Assembly (NCBI GenBank): GCA_040954595.2
Contig: CM082584.2
Coordinates: 11,436,552 to 11,500,551 of the forward strand
Origin: Balanoglossus misakiensis
Taxonomy: Eukaryota > Animalia > Hemichordata
DNA length: 64,000 nt
Direction: 5' to 3'
Shown in pieces: positions 1 through 11,400 of this stretch; the first letter of the stretch is position 1; every line of letters starts with the position of its first letter. The notes under the pieces were generated by a model. The model ran no database searches and was not told the DNA's origin. It worked only from the letters and a program-made list of their open reading frames with translations. The translations under genes were made by a program, and so were the position numbers.

Positions 1-1118
1 TGGCAACCATCGCCGCAGCAGAGGCCAGCAGCCGGGCCTGCAGCAGCACAAGGCAGACAGCAACAGCGGCCGACGCAGCAACAACAGCAGCAGCAGAAAT
101 CCAAGCCCAATTACAACATCGGTGGGTTTTCGGGACTGGGTGGCAAGCAGGAGGCTAAAGGTGGTTGGAAGCCAGGTGAGTGAGACACAGCTTAGTCTTG
201 CAACAGAGAATGGTGTTCAGGGGAATAATATTCAAAGTAGGTTGGTACACAGGAATGATGTTCACAGATCTGATACCCACAGAAGTGAGAATGTTGCTGC
301 ATTTTTTGTTTACCCTCACAGCTGGACCCAAGCCTGGTTCAGAGAACACAGCGTTTGAAGACCTTCTCAACAACGCTGGGTTTACAGCATCGTCAGCCAA
401 CAAACAGGAACGGAGGACGATGAAAGAATTGAGGAGACAGAAGATGGCTCAGGATACTGATCCCAATGTTGTCAAGGTCAGAACAATATTCTCAAGAAAA
501 ATGCAGATTTATCGAGAGGATAAACATATTTTCTCTTGTTAAATCGAGACATTCATTTAAGTCTATCTATGTTACCATAGCCTATGGGGTAGTGGACGGA
601 ATGAATTTTCACTGATGAGTATTGTGTTTATTTTTTTCAGGTTAGGGAATGGATAGAGGGAAAAGGTAACAACATCAGGGCATTGCTGTCGTCGTTGGAT
701 ACGGTGCTTTGGGAAGGAGAAACCAGGTGGAAATCAGTGGGAATGCACCAACTGATTGAACCCAATCAGGTCAGTGGTCCAATCAGATTTGGCTGAGAGG
801 AAAAAAAAAAGAAAATGGCACTGTAGGAAACACCAAGTTATGGTATCAATTTTTTATGTGATCGTGAGCCGATGGAGTTGCACTGTATACAGAATGAGAT
901 AATTTCTGATAAACATATTTTTCATTTTAAGTTCAGTGAATATTTTTCTGTGTGATATTCCCTAACAGGTGAAGAAGTTTTATCGCAAGGCGGCTCTGGC
1001 TGTTCATCCGGACAAGCAAGCGGGCACACCACACGAAGATCTTGCCAAGCTCATCTTCATGGAACTCAGCGACGCATGGAGTGACTTTGAAGAAAGTGGT
1101 ATGAAGCCCCTGTATTAG
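1..1118 (+). CDS. GAK: Cyclin-G-associated kinase / auxilin (DNAJC6/GAK family), 3' end only: clathrin-binding region and C-terminal J domain
   Basis: Exons <1-175, 322-476, 641-769, 969-1118 join through GT-AG introns in frame. Translation ...KPNYNIGGF...[11 protein letters not shown]...[100 protein letters not shown] matches the auxilin/GAK J domain with its HPD motif. Stop TAG at 1116-1118. The 5' part lies outside the window. Confidence 0.95.
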
Positions 1119-3958
1119 CCCGCTTGTCGGAAGTCAGGTTCAAGTACCACTTCTCAGTTAAAATGGCAGTGGTTTGGAATGACCCCCGATACAGTATGAC
1201 CCTGATAACCTGACCCAATGTCAAAGTCATGTGACTGTCATGTGACACAGTGTTGTGATTGTATTTGCGTAATTATTATTCCAAGCAAAAAGGCAACAGT
1301 AGGGTTAGTTTTTTGCCTACAAATTTTCTCAATGTGAATTATGGAAATTGAAAAAAATATTGCAAAAATATGAGGATTAACAGAAGGTGTACAGTTTACC
1401 TATTTATTTCAGACCCATCAGAAACAAGCCTATTTCACCCAGGGATGATGGCTTGGACATAAATATGCATAAATAATGAAAAGACTGGTTTAGAAGCTCA
1501 AATGGGAGGATGTTACTTGTCATGTGTGACACCTGTCTTCTTTTACTGTCGTGTGTGTATGAATCAGTGCTTTGCGTACAGTACTTCCAAATTTAATGAT
1601 ATACAATTATAGTGTATAGACTGGTTATGAAGTGTCTGAGTAGCGTAGCAATGTGTGTCTTGCATACAAGCAGGATACATATGGTGTTTCAACACCGACG
1701 GGAAGAAAATATTTTAAGAAAATACAAAACAAAAACACAATTGCAGAAGAATACAAATCACAGAAGCTTTATGAAACATGTTTGTTGGGGCGTTGCTCAT
1801 CTGTGGGACTTCGACCGTGGCTAGGTTAACAGGGTCAAATGTATGCATGGGTATTGTTGAGTGAAATGTGTGTGACGAGCACAGATACAGGGCATGTATG
1901 TCTGAGTCAACTGAAATGATAATCTGAAGATAACTTGCCATATGGAAGAAACATTCCTACAGCATGCAGAGAATATGAAATTAACTTATTGTGATATAAA
2001 AGGTTTTTTAAGTTAATATGTAAATTTTAGGAGAAATAAGAGGCTGATTGTTGTTCAGCCAATCACAGTGTGTTTGTGATGTGTAAATAATATTCAGGAG
2101 GTTTTAAGTTATGTCTACTAGAGTAATTAAATATGTATAGCAACTAATACAATGTTCAATAATATGTCATTTGCCATGCAGTTGTAACCATCAAAGCAAA
2201 AATGGCATGGGTCAAATCTGTGCAGTGATCCTATGGTGGCGTGTGATTTTAAAGCGTATCTACAGCAAAAACCTGTGTTAGCCTGACTAAACTAGAAACC
2301 TGTCTATACCCCCCTTTTTCCCCCACAGCACCACAGTCCATGTCATAAAGACAGGAAAACATGTATTTACCGCAGAGTATAATATAATAACTTTCAAGAT
2401 GCCTTTCATAGACTTTATCCTACTTACTGCAAAACAGACTACCTATTATTACAAGTCTACTTCTATGTCTGGCAAGTCGTTCTTTAAAAATATGATTTAC
2501 ATTGCAGTGACAAAACAACAACAACAGATGCTCAGTTTATAGTTATGTTGAATTTTACTCACACTAAGAGTACATGTACTTTTAGGGTCGAACATGTACA
2601 TGTATGGTACGTTGATATTATTCAGAAATGGTTCCGGTTGAAATGTCTGCTTACGTCAAACTTTTCACACACCATCGGCTGGCACTGTCTGCATTGATGT
2701 GAGACATTGTGAACTACATGTATCTTTATCAGTTCTGGAGAAATATGTGGAGCAGAAGAAAAAACAATTTCTGAGTTTGTGAATGTTGTGTCGAACCCCT
2801 TAGTCTGTGAATTCTTTTGTTTTTATTGTTCATGAGCACTGGTCATATGTGCATTGGGTGTACTCTCATCCTACCAAAGTCAGTCCAAATAGATAAGCAG
2901 TATTTATCCAGGGAACAGTGTATAGAACATATCTAGGATGAAAAAAAAATCATCTCTGATTTAATGAATGTGACTTTCATTTTTAATTCAAGAGGGATAA
3001 TTTGATTTCTGTACAGTGCAATAAGTTAATTCCCTTCGTTTTAAGTCTTTAAAATTAAGCATCATTTTCAGTCATTTTTAGATAAACCTCATATCTGTTA
3101 TTTTAGTTTTGTATGGTGCTAAGCTCTTTATGTTTATTTCACTATAATTCTAGTTCTAGTAGTGGTCATCTTCATGCTGTATTTCGTGACAATCTCTACA
3201 TATTTTTAGTTTTGGTGTGTCTCGAAGTTCATAATTAAACCACTCTTTTTAGACCATTTGAGTTTGTAGAGTTATTTATTCAGTTTTTGCATGAACCACA
3301 CACCTATTAACCCCCAAATAATGCTAACAAACTTTTCTCAGTATTTTCAGCTTTCACCTATTTCCCAGTGTAAAACCTTAAGGTCCAACTTCACAAAACA
3401 GTCACTGACACCAAGTTGCAATAAAGCCAAATTCATTTATTGTGAAATTTTGCTGTGAAGACTAAAATATATACAAAGGACTTACTGAGTTATTGTATTA
3501 CAAAGTTGAATGTGTAATTCAGGAAAGTAATAAAATTCTATTGTGCATAGAGTACATTATATTAAATTGTTACTTTATTTTACAACCTATCATCACTGCA
3601 CTTTGGTTCAACTGAATTGGATTCAATGGTACGGTTGAAACGGGGATGATAGGGTGTTAACCTAACACTTTGATGTAACTATGGACAGTGGTTGGTGCAC
3701 TCCACATAAAAAGAGTTTCTATATGCTGTCACAAAATTACAAATTAAATCCTTGCCTTTTAGAGGCAATAGTTTGGCAGTGCTATAGTTTATATAAAATA
3801 TTTCAAATAAATTCCATTTTTCTAGGCAAATATTTTATTATAACTCTGTATTAAGCTCATCTGACTTCAAGTCTGTGAACCTTGCTTAGAACAAAATGGC
3901 CGAAATGACATCATAGGTCACCAGGGGGTCAAAGGTCAAAGGACGCTCCATTTCATTA

Positions 3959-6900
3959 TCAAGACATCTGTTTGGCTTCAAGTCTTGCAGACAGTTCAGC
4001 TAGAAGCCTCCGCAGCTTGGATGGATTTGTGAAGAAGTAAACGAAGAGGCTTCTCTCCCTGGCAAGAAGTTTGTTGAATTGAATGGTCTGCAGGGAATAA
4101 GATACATAAAAAGGAAATATCAGTGGTGTTAAAGGTATGTTATTTTCTTGCATTTAGAACCTTTAGGTCTTACAAATATCTGATTGATTCATGATGCAGT
4201 TGTGTTGACTTCTGCTCTATTCCTACTACCAAAACACCTTTTCGTCTATTTCATAATTTTATTTCAACACGTAATGTTGTAACAAATCACTTACTTTCTT
4301 CTTGGAATTGATGTTCGATATAATGTCCAGCAGTGTCTCTTCCAACAGATCCAAGTGCCGATGGAGTTTGGCGATGCCTTGCGAGATCTCTACGGGACTC
4401 AACTGAGGTGCCCCGCCCTTGGTAGCTGAACCGGAGTACAACTTCTCTTCACAAGCATTTAAGGTACTCTCTCTGAAAAGAATTTACAAATACCCTTTAT
4501 TCTTAAAAGTTTTGAAGAAGTTTATGATACTAAAGAACAGGAGTTCTTGTCAGAGCCTAGAGACCTGAACGTGTACAATTTGGACAAAGTGCAGCGTGAC
4601 TTACAGTAGGGCCAACGTATCGTCTCTGCTGTTCTTGCTGGTTATGAAGGAACCTCTCAACGTCGCCAGCTGATTGGTCAATTTCTCCGCATATTCAACC
4701 AATGTTGTAAATTTCAAAAACAGCTGCATGCCATCTCCCCTGTCTTCGCAAGGCCCTTCTGCCATTTGAAATAAAATCACAAACATTCAGTGTATATGGA
4801 TACAAAACCAATGAGAAAATTGAATTGAAAAATGCAACATTTAGAAATGCCTTGTGCTTTGCAAATGCTAGTATACTTACCAAGAATCTGGTAAAGCCTT
4901 GTAATGAATTTATCTCTAGAATCAATAGTCTGTCTGTTTGTCTTTGAAGGGGAAAATGACGGTTCTGACATCAACGACTGTAAAAAGAACAGGATGTAAG
5001 TACATGTATTAACTTTCAGCACCTGAAGTACAATGAGACAGTTATTTCACTGAGTAATCAAACAAGTGCCCACCATTCTAGATTGCAAACCGCTCTGATA
5101 TCTCTCGAGGAAAGTGGAAATTCCTGTCAGCAGCCTGTGAGTTTGTTTGTGGTTCTTCTCCTCCACTTCAAATGCCATGGTTAAAAACTCGTTCCTCGTT
5201 CTCTGCACAATCATCTGTTTGATAACCTGGTTTGGGAGATGAGAAGCAATCTCAGTTAGTGATTATCAACTCGGAATCTCCACATCCAGTTGCCTATCAG
5301 CTTCATAGCTTACACTCTCGTGTCTAATCTCTATGGCAACAGCTCTATGAAAGTCAACTCTGTATACTCACTTGGTCCTGTTTATATGTAAAATAATCCT
5401 GTCTGCTGATTTTTAAATCATAATCTCCTTGAAGTATGCGAGTGGTCTGTAACTCTCCCATTTTCTTCACCAACATTGGTAGCTGAGACTCGTACAAAAT
5501 AGCTGCTTTCCTTTTCACGTGTTGAAGTTTGGATTGAACTTCATGTAGATATTGTCTACAGTGGGGAAAAGAAACGGAGAGAGATATAACAGGGCTGTAA
5601 ATCACCTCTGATTGTGTCCCAACAGCAAATGTCACAGGTTTTTTTCATCCTCACCCAACCTACCTGAATTCACTTTCATTTTTCGGATGAGGATTCTGCG
5701 TGAGAGTCTGCAGATGCTGTTCTGAGAATCGGACTGCAGCTTCAAGGCTTTTACTCTGAGCATTTGCCTTGATGTTTCTGTAAAGACTAGCAGGGTACCT
5801 GAAACAAGAGAAAGAAACAAAACTGGTGTCAGCATTAATAGTTGTCCTCATCTCATAGGATAGCATCTACCAACTCTGAGTGCTTGACTTTATTTCTCTC
5901 TTATGAATGTTAAAACAGTTTATTTATAAGCCAATTATTTTACGGCGGGGGAAAAGCAATATTTTAAGGCATGACTTGATACATGTCATGGTATATTGGT
6001 GTAGTTTACAAATGAACTCACTCTGACTGAAGCCTTGCAAGCTCTTTACATTCTCTCCGAAAGACATCTTCATTTCCACCATGAAGAACTGAAGTTGTAG
6101 GACTGCCGATGTCAAGGAAACTGTATCGTGAACTATCTGGTTCACCTGCTATCTGACCAATATCCTGTCAAATGAAATTCAATTTTATAAGTGTGTAAAA
6201 AAATAGGACGTTATTTCAGTACCTTGATCATATCAGAGAGTGCAATCAGTGACAAAGCTTTACTTACCTTAAAAAATTGTCTTTTAGTGTATTCGGTCAA
6301 TTCATGGGTAAATTTTTCCTCTTCTGCAAAATACCTCTGGAGTGAAACTTGGCACAAGAAATTGGCATCTTCATAATCCTGCACCTCCTTGCTTGCAGTG
6401 GTGGTGGGCGTCTCTTGGCTGTACAATTGACACATACTGGTGACATTGCCACCAAGTCTGTCCACACTGCTATTCATCTGAAAGCAATATTGACATACAC
6501 GTCATGTACAGCTAATCCAGATTGGAACCAAGGTAATTTTTTGTAAATCTAAGTACTCATACCAGCTGTTTCTTATACAGGTTACTGGTTGTACTCACCT
6601 CCATATTGTCAGCATGGTACCTTTCGGTTTGTTTCTTGAGTTCCTGCACAGCTGAAGTCTGCACTTGGCTCATTTTGGACAGTCTGTGACTCAGGGCAGT
6701 GTGGTGCATACTGGGATTGGAGAAATGGAGTGAAGAATAAGCATCTTTGTTTACATGCATTGCTGCTTAAAATCCCTGTATCCAATACAGAGATGTCATT
6801 TTGATCTGAGGCAGAGATGTAGATTTTTTGAGACTCACCTCAACACATTCCTGTGTTGGATCAACTTCTCCTTTTTCTCTTGCGTGCTTTTCTTACAATG

Positions 6901-7632
6901 TTGTAACCTGGCAATTTCTTCTCTGTGAACGGAAAGTCATATGAGCCACAATTATCACCAACAGACTATTTTGACCACTTCATGACCGGTGAACAGTTCT
7001 CTACAATTGTTTAGTTACCCAGGATCATTTCTGCAAGAATGAAATATTCTACAGTATGCTGATGAAAGTGAAGAGAGATATAAATTAACCATGATACTTG
7101 CCTCAACTTATCATCTGTCATATCCTCGCTGGTTGATTCAATATCTTTGATGGCATCTTGAAGTTGTTTTCCATCCAGTATGGCCTTACCAGATTCCTCA
7201 ATTGCCTGAAACCTGACAGAGATACATATTTTTATTTTACAAAGAGATATACTGAAATTATGTTCCTAGTTTGAGTGCAGTGTAATCAAAAGGTAATAGT
7301 ATTACAGTCTTGACCAGCAATTAGGAGCATTATGATTAATTAGATTAACTGAAAGCCGTGAATGACTAGCATTTTCACTTAATTAGCATATCACTGTTCA
7401 ATAGATGACTTGGCTAGGGCAGGAAAACAGTTCACACTGAATACAACACTTACTCTTTGAGCTGCTGTTCACTAACATAGTTATCTTCGTTGACATTTTC
7501 ACAAAACCACTGCAGGAAATCTTTGACTTCGTCAGACTCAAAGAGCCAGTCAAAGCTCTCCCCGTGCAGTTTTTGATGACTTTTGTAGCCTAGCCGATGC
7601 AGCGTCCGCACAAAGTGTTTACCTTCACTCAT
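3959..7632 (-). CDS. HAUS3: HAUS augmin-like complex subunit 3 (about 622 aa)
   Basis: 13 coding exons: 7454-7632, 7102-7212, 6839-6922, 6599-6710, 6268-6477, 6022-6164, 5664-5798, 5372-5555, 5074-5226, 4881-4977, 4605-4758, 4295-4472, 3959-4087. All phases are compatible and the total is 1869 nt. Recognisable HAUS3 motifs: FVRTLHRLGY..LHGESFDWLFE..FLQWFCENVNEDN, YTKRQFFK, LQGDYDLKISRQDYFTYKQ, TIDSRDKFITRLYQIL, ERSLFVYFF. Probable non-coding first exon ends at the donor near 7970, with an acceptor at 7647. Confidence 0.95.
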
Positions 7633-7970
7633 TCTTTATGTCAATTCTATGTTATTGTATGGGGAATAATAGAGGAAAATTAACACAAGTAATGAACGAA
7701 AGTCTATGCATCGTCATAAAGTTGCAAATAGCTGCAATAATTACTGAGTGCACTCCCAAACTTTGGATCGGGCTACATGTAATCATTATTGAACCCCTCT
7801 GCAGATAGTAAACACACATGCAATGAAGAAGCATCATAGCAACGAATGACAACATTGATGAAATATACAAGTTACAACGTCTGTGCACTGCCTGATACGA
7901 TTCTGAATGAACTGTCATTCACCAATACTGTTTAATCTTTGCATCGAAAGCTTAACTCATAAATTGTCAC

Positions 7971-8471
7971 CTGGATTTGTTTTGGCGATGATCTTAATGC
8001 GGTGGTTCTGCATTCTTCATCACGTACGATTACTGCAGTTGTCAAATTTGGCGGTATACGGCTTCCTGGATGGAAACGAGGCAATGAACTCTGCAGCCTT
8101 CAATAAAATATACTAAAGTTTGATTTAAACTTTTACCATTAGCTACAATAATGTATAAATATTTGGAGTAACTCTTGTATATTTAGAGCTTGTAATAGCT
8201 GTTTCTATATTAACGTGAAACTTGTTCCGATGGTCAAATATTATTGTATGACTAAATTTTATTGTTTGAGTACGAGGGTATATCAAAACGAGGCAATGAC
8301 CTCAGTCACAAAGGGCGGCGGACAGTTTGAGTTTGATCGTTGATGCCGTTTGACTATGATCGGTTTCAGATTGGTTTAATTCGTTGTCTTACCAACGCTA
8401 AACAATCATATTATAACCGATAGTGGTATTACAGTAACAGTATTCGTACGAATGCTTTCTACAGCGACAAA
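7971..8471. promoter_or_regulatory. Bidirectional promoter / 5' UTR region shared by HAUS3 and CENP-C
   Basis: Start codons diverge at 7632 (-) and 8472 (+). CpG is locally retained. E2F-like TTTGGCGG at 8047-8054, CDE/CHR-like GGCGG-ACAG-TTTGAG at 8317-8331, and a 14-bp direct repeat AAACGAGGCAATGA at 8074-8087 and 8286-8299. Confidence 0.6.
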
Positions 8472-11400
8472 ATGTCCACAATGGTAAAAAGAAACGGGGT
8501 GAGTACATTTCACTGTTTACATCACTGTTTACAGTAAGCCAGTGTATGGACAGGGATCAGGTCACTTTGACCCCCATCGCTGTCGGGATCTGGTACAATC
8601 CACGTGTAGTCTTAGATCTTATACTGTAGCAATCGTGAGATAAATGTGTCATAATCTCTCTTGAATCTCTTGCAGACTGCTCCACTAGGCTTTGCTTTTC
8701 CGAACATTTTAAAGGGGAAAGTGGGAAGGTAGGTGAATGCTGAAATGTGCAGCAACTAAGAGTTTTGATGGGTGTACATGGTTAATGTTAGCTGCAGTGA
8801 TTGTAGTGGGTGATGCTCGGTTGATGATGATGTTTTGCGGTATCATCCACCCAGCAGCACTTGCTACAGACTAGTCATTAATTGTGTACCCTTATTTTCA
8901 TATGGGTACAAGAATGTACTGTAGAACTTTGCAGATTACAGCTGTAAGTTGTATAGTAATATATAATTGTGAATTTGTCTCAATGTATACAGACGGACTG
9001 GTATTCAGCTGAATGCCAATGCCAGAAGGGACAGTGATGGATATGAAATCTTTGACGATTACTGGTCAGATGCCTCAGGTGAGAGCTCCTTCTGTACATA
9101 TAGACTATTCTTTTAACCCTTTCACCATCATGGTTCAGTCCAAAATCATAATTGTTTTCTATAGTAGGGTTGGACCTCAGTGGGGGTGATAGGGTTAAAT
9201 TTGATGATGTGGTAACAATATAAACAATATAAAGTGACAATTCATTCTTAATTGTACATTCATAATTTTTTTTTCAGACAAAACTGATGATGATTACTCT
9301 GTATGCAGTGTTGTCTCAGAAAGTGGTGCTGAGACAAATACTGCCAGGAAGAAAGCTTCCGCAAATCACAAGGTAATAAGTTGTCTCACATCAAACAGAA
9401 AACTGGCTTTACAAGGTCTTTTGTCACAAATGCTAAGCTCTGGGAAGGGTCACCATTCAAGAGTCCAAGTTTTGTCTTCATTTCAAAATTAAAGAGGTGA
9501 TTGTATTCCTTTATTTCTTTGACAGCCCAGTCCGCTTCCAAAACGTATGTCGTCATTCTCACCACGACCACCACCGAGTCCCGGTTCTCCCCTGGCAGAC
9601 AGCAGTTCCAGACTCAACAACACTTACACATGCTCTCCCACGGTGACCAAAAAACAAACCAAGAACAGCGCTGTGGCTGACGGAAGCCAAGTGCCAGAAT
9701 GCCAGGCAACGTGTGAAAAGGCCATTCTGACGGGTACCATCATCAAGAAATTGCCAGCACAAGAACCTAGCCCTGCTGTGAATGGTTTCAATATGAGGAA
9801 AAGGTAATAACAAGGATAGAATGCTAAACATTTGTTGGTTTAATACCTCCTGTCCCACCCAACAGTTAGTGTAGGTCACTGTCCTGGAACTGAATATCAT
9901 TGGTCCGTTTCTTTGATCCAGGTTGACATTTTCTAAGGTATCAGCCGAAGATTCAGATACAGATGACATACAACCAAGTGAAGACAATGCAGATGTTGAC
10001 ATTCCTTCAGGAGATACATGTACACCAAGAGTATTTGAAAGTACTGCAGCCGAAGACACCAATGCCATGACGACCGAAACAACATTGCACAAGAAGAATG
10101 TAACTTCAGGCAGCCTGAAACCAACAGAGCCTAACAGGGCAAAAGGATATGCTGGTAAAACCTCAGATTCTGAGCACTCAGAAGATAATTATTTTGGTCT
10201 GAAACTCCAGCTGACCTCAGCCATAGAAATGTTGAGTGAAATCCACCAAGATGGTACAGTAGAGGAGGAGGGTGCAGGGGATTCCTCGGACCTGGTCATT
10301 GTTGATCAGGAGGAACAAGCCTTCAGCAGTAAAAGGAAGGTTTACAGTGATACAAGGCAGGCACGTCTGCAGAAGTCTACGGCTGGACGCGGGAAGGGAG
10401 CGGGAAGTGAGACAGCTGCTCGGAAAAAGACCAAGAAAGAAGAGAGTAGTATCGCTGAAGACAAGGCCAAGACAGCAAGTAAAGGGAAGAGGAACGTAAT
10501 AACAAATAGCACCCGGAGGAAACTCCCAAGAGCAGCAGAGCAGGAGAGTGTGGACATTCCAACCCACAGTCCACCGGGGTCAGTGGATGAGGATGAAACT
10601 GTTGCTAGGAGACAGAAAGCTGGCAGCGAAAAGCAAATTGTGGAGAGTGAGAATAGCGTGATGTCAGCAAAAAGGGCAAATGAGGGGGATGACACTGAGG
10701 ATGTTGTTAGCCGAAAAAAAGCAGTGCAGAAGAGGAAAGATCAGTCGGTAGTGTCTGAGGATGAACATTTTGGAGGAGAGATGCCCCCTGATGAAGAGGA
10801 GGAGGAGGAGTCTGTTGCTGGGGAACATATTGAGTCTGGTAATAAATCTGGCAAAAGTCAGCAGAGTACAGCGACATCAAAGGTGGAAATTACTACAAGA
10901 CGAGGATCGATTTTCTCATCTGTTGTGTCATCCGATGATGATGAAGAGGAACCAGTGATTAGAAAAAATGTAGGAAGTATAAGAAAGAGTGCCAAGCGTA
11001 AACGGAATCAAAGCGTTGCTGGGAAAAGGAAAGAACAAGAGGAACAAGTGTCTTTGTCTGAGAACCGTGACAGCGATGAGGAGGTGGACGTACCTGGGAC
11101 AGGTCGCAAAGGCAAGGGTCGGAAGAGCGTCAAGAAACAGGGAACTGGGAAAAGAGGGCCTCAAAGCCGGAGGAAGACTTCGGAATCGTCAGGAGGAGGT
11201 AAAGGAACTGTCAAGAAAAAAATATTGGCATCAAAATCAAAGGTGCCTTCAACGGGAAGAGGCAAGTTGAAAAAGCTGTCTGACCGGAGTGATGACGGAA
11301 GCGGGCCGAGTAGTGCCAGGTGGAAAGAGACCGGGAAAAGAAGGCAGAGTGGGAAAGGGAGGGGTGGGAATCAGGGAAAGAATACAAGAGGCGGATATGA

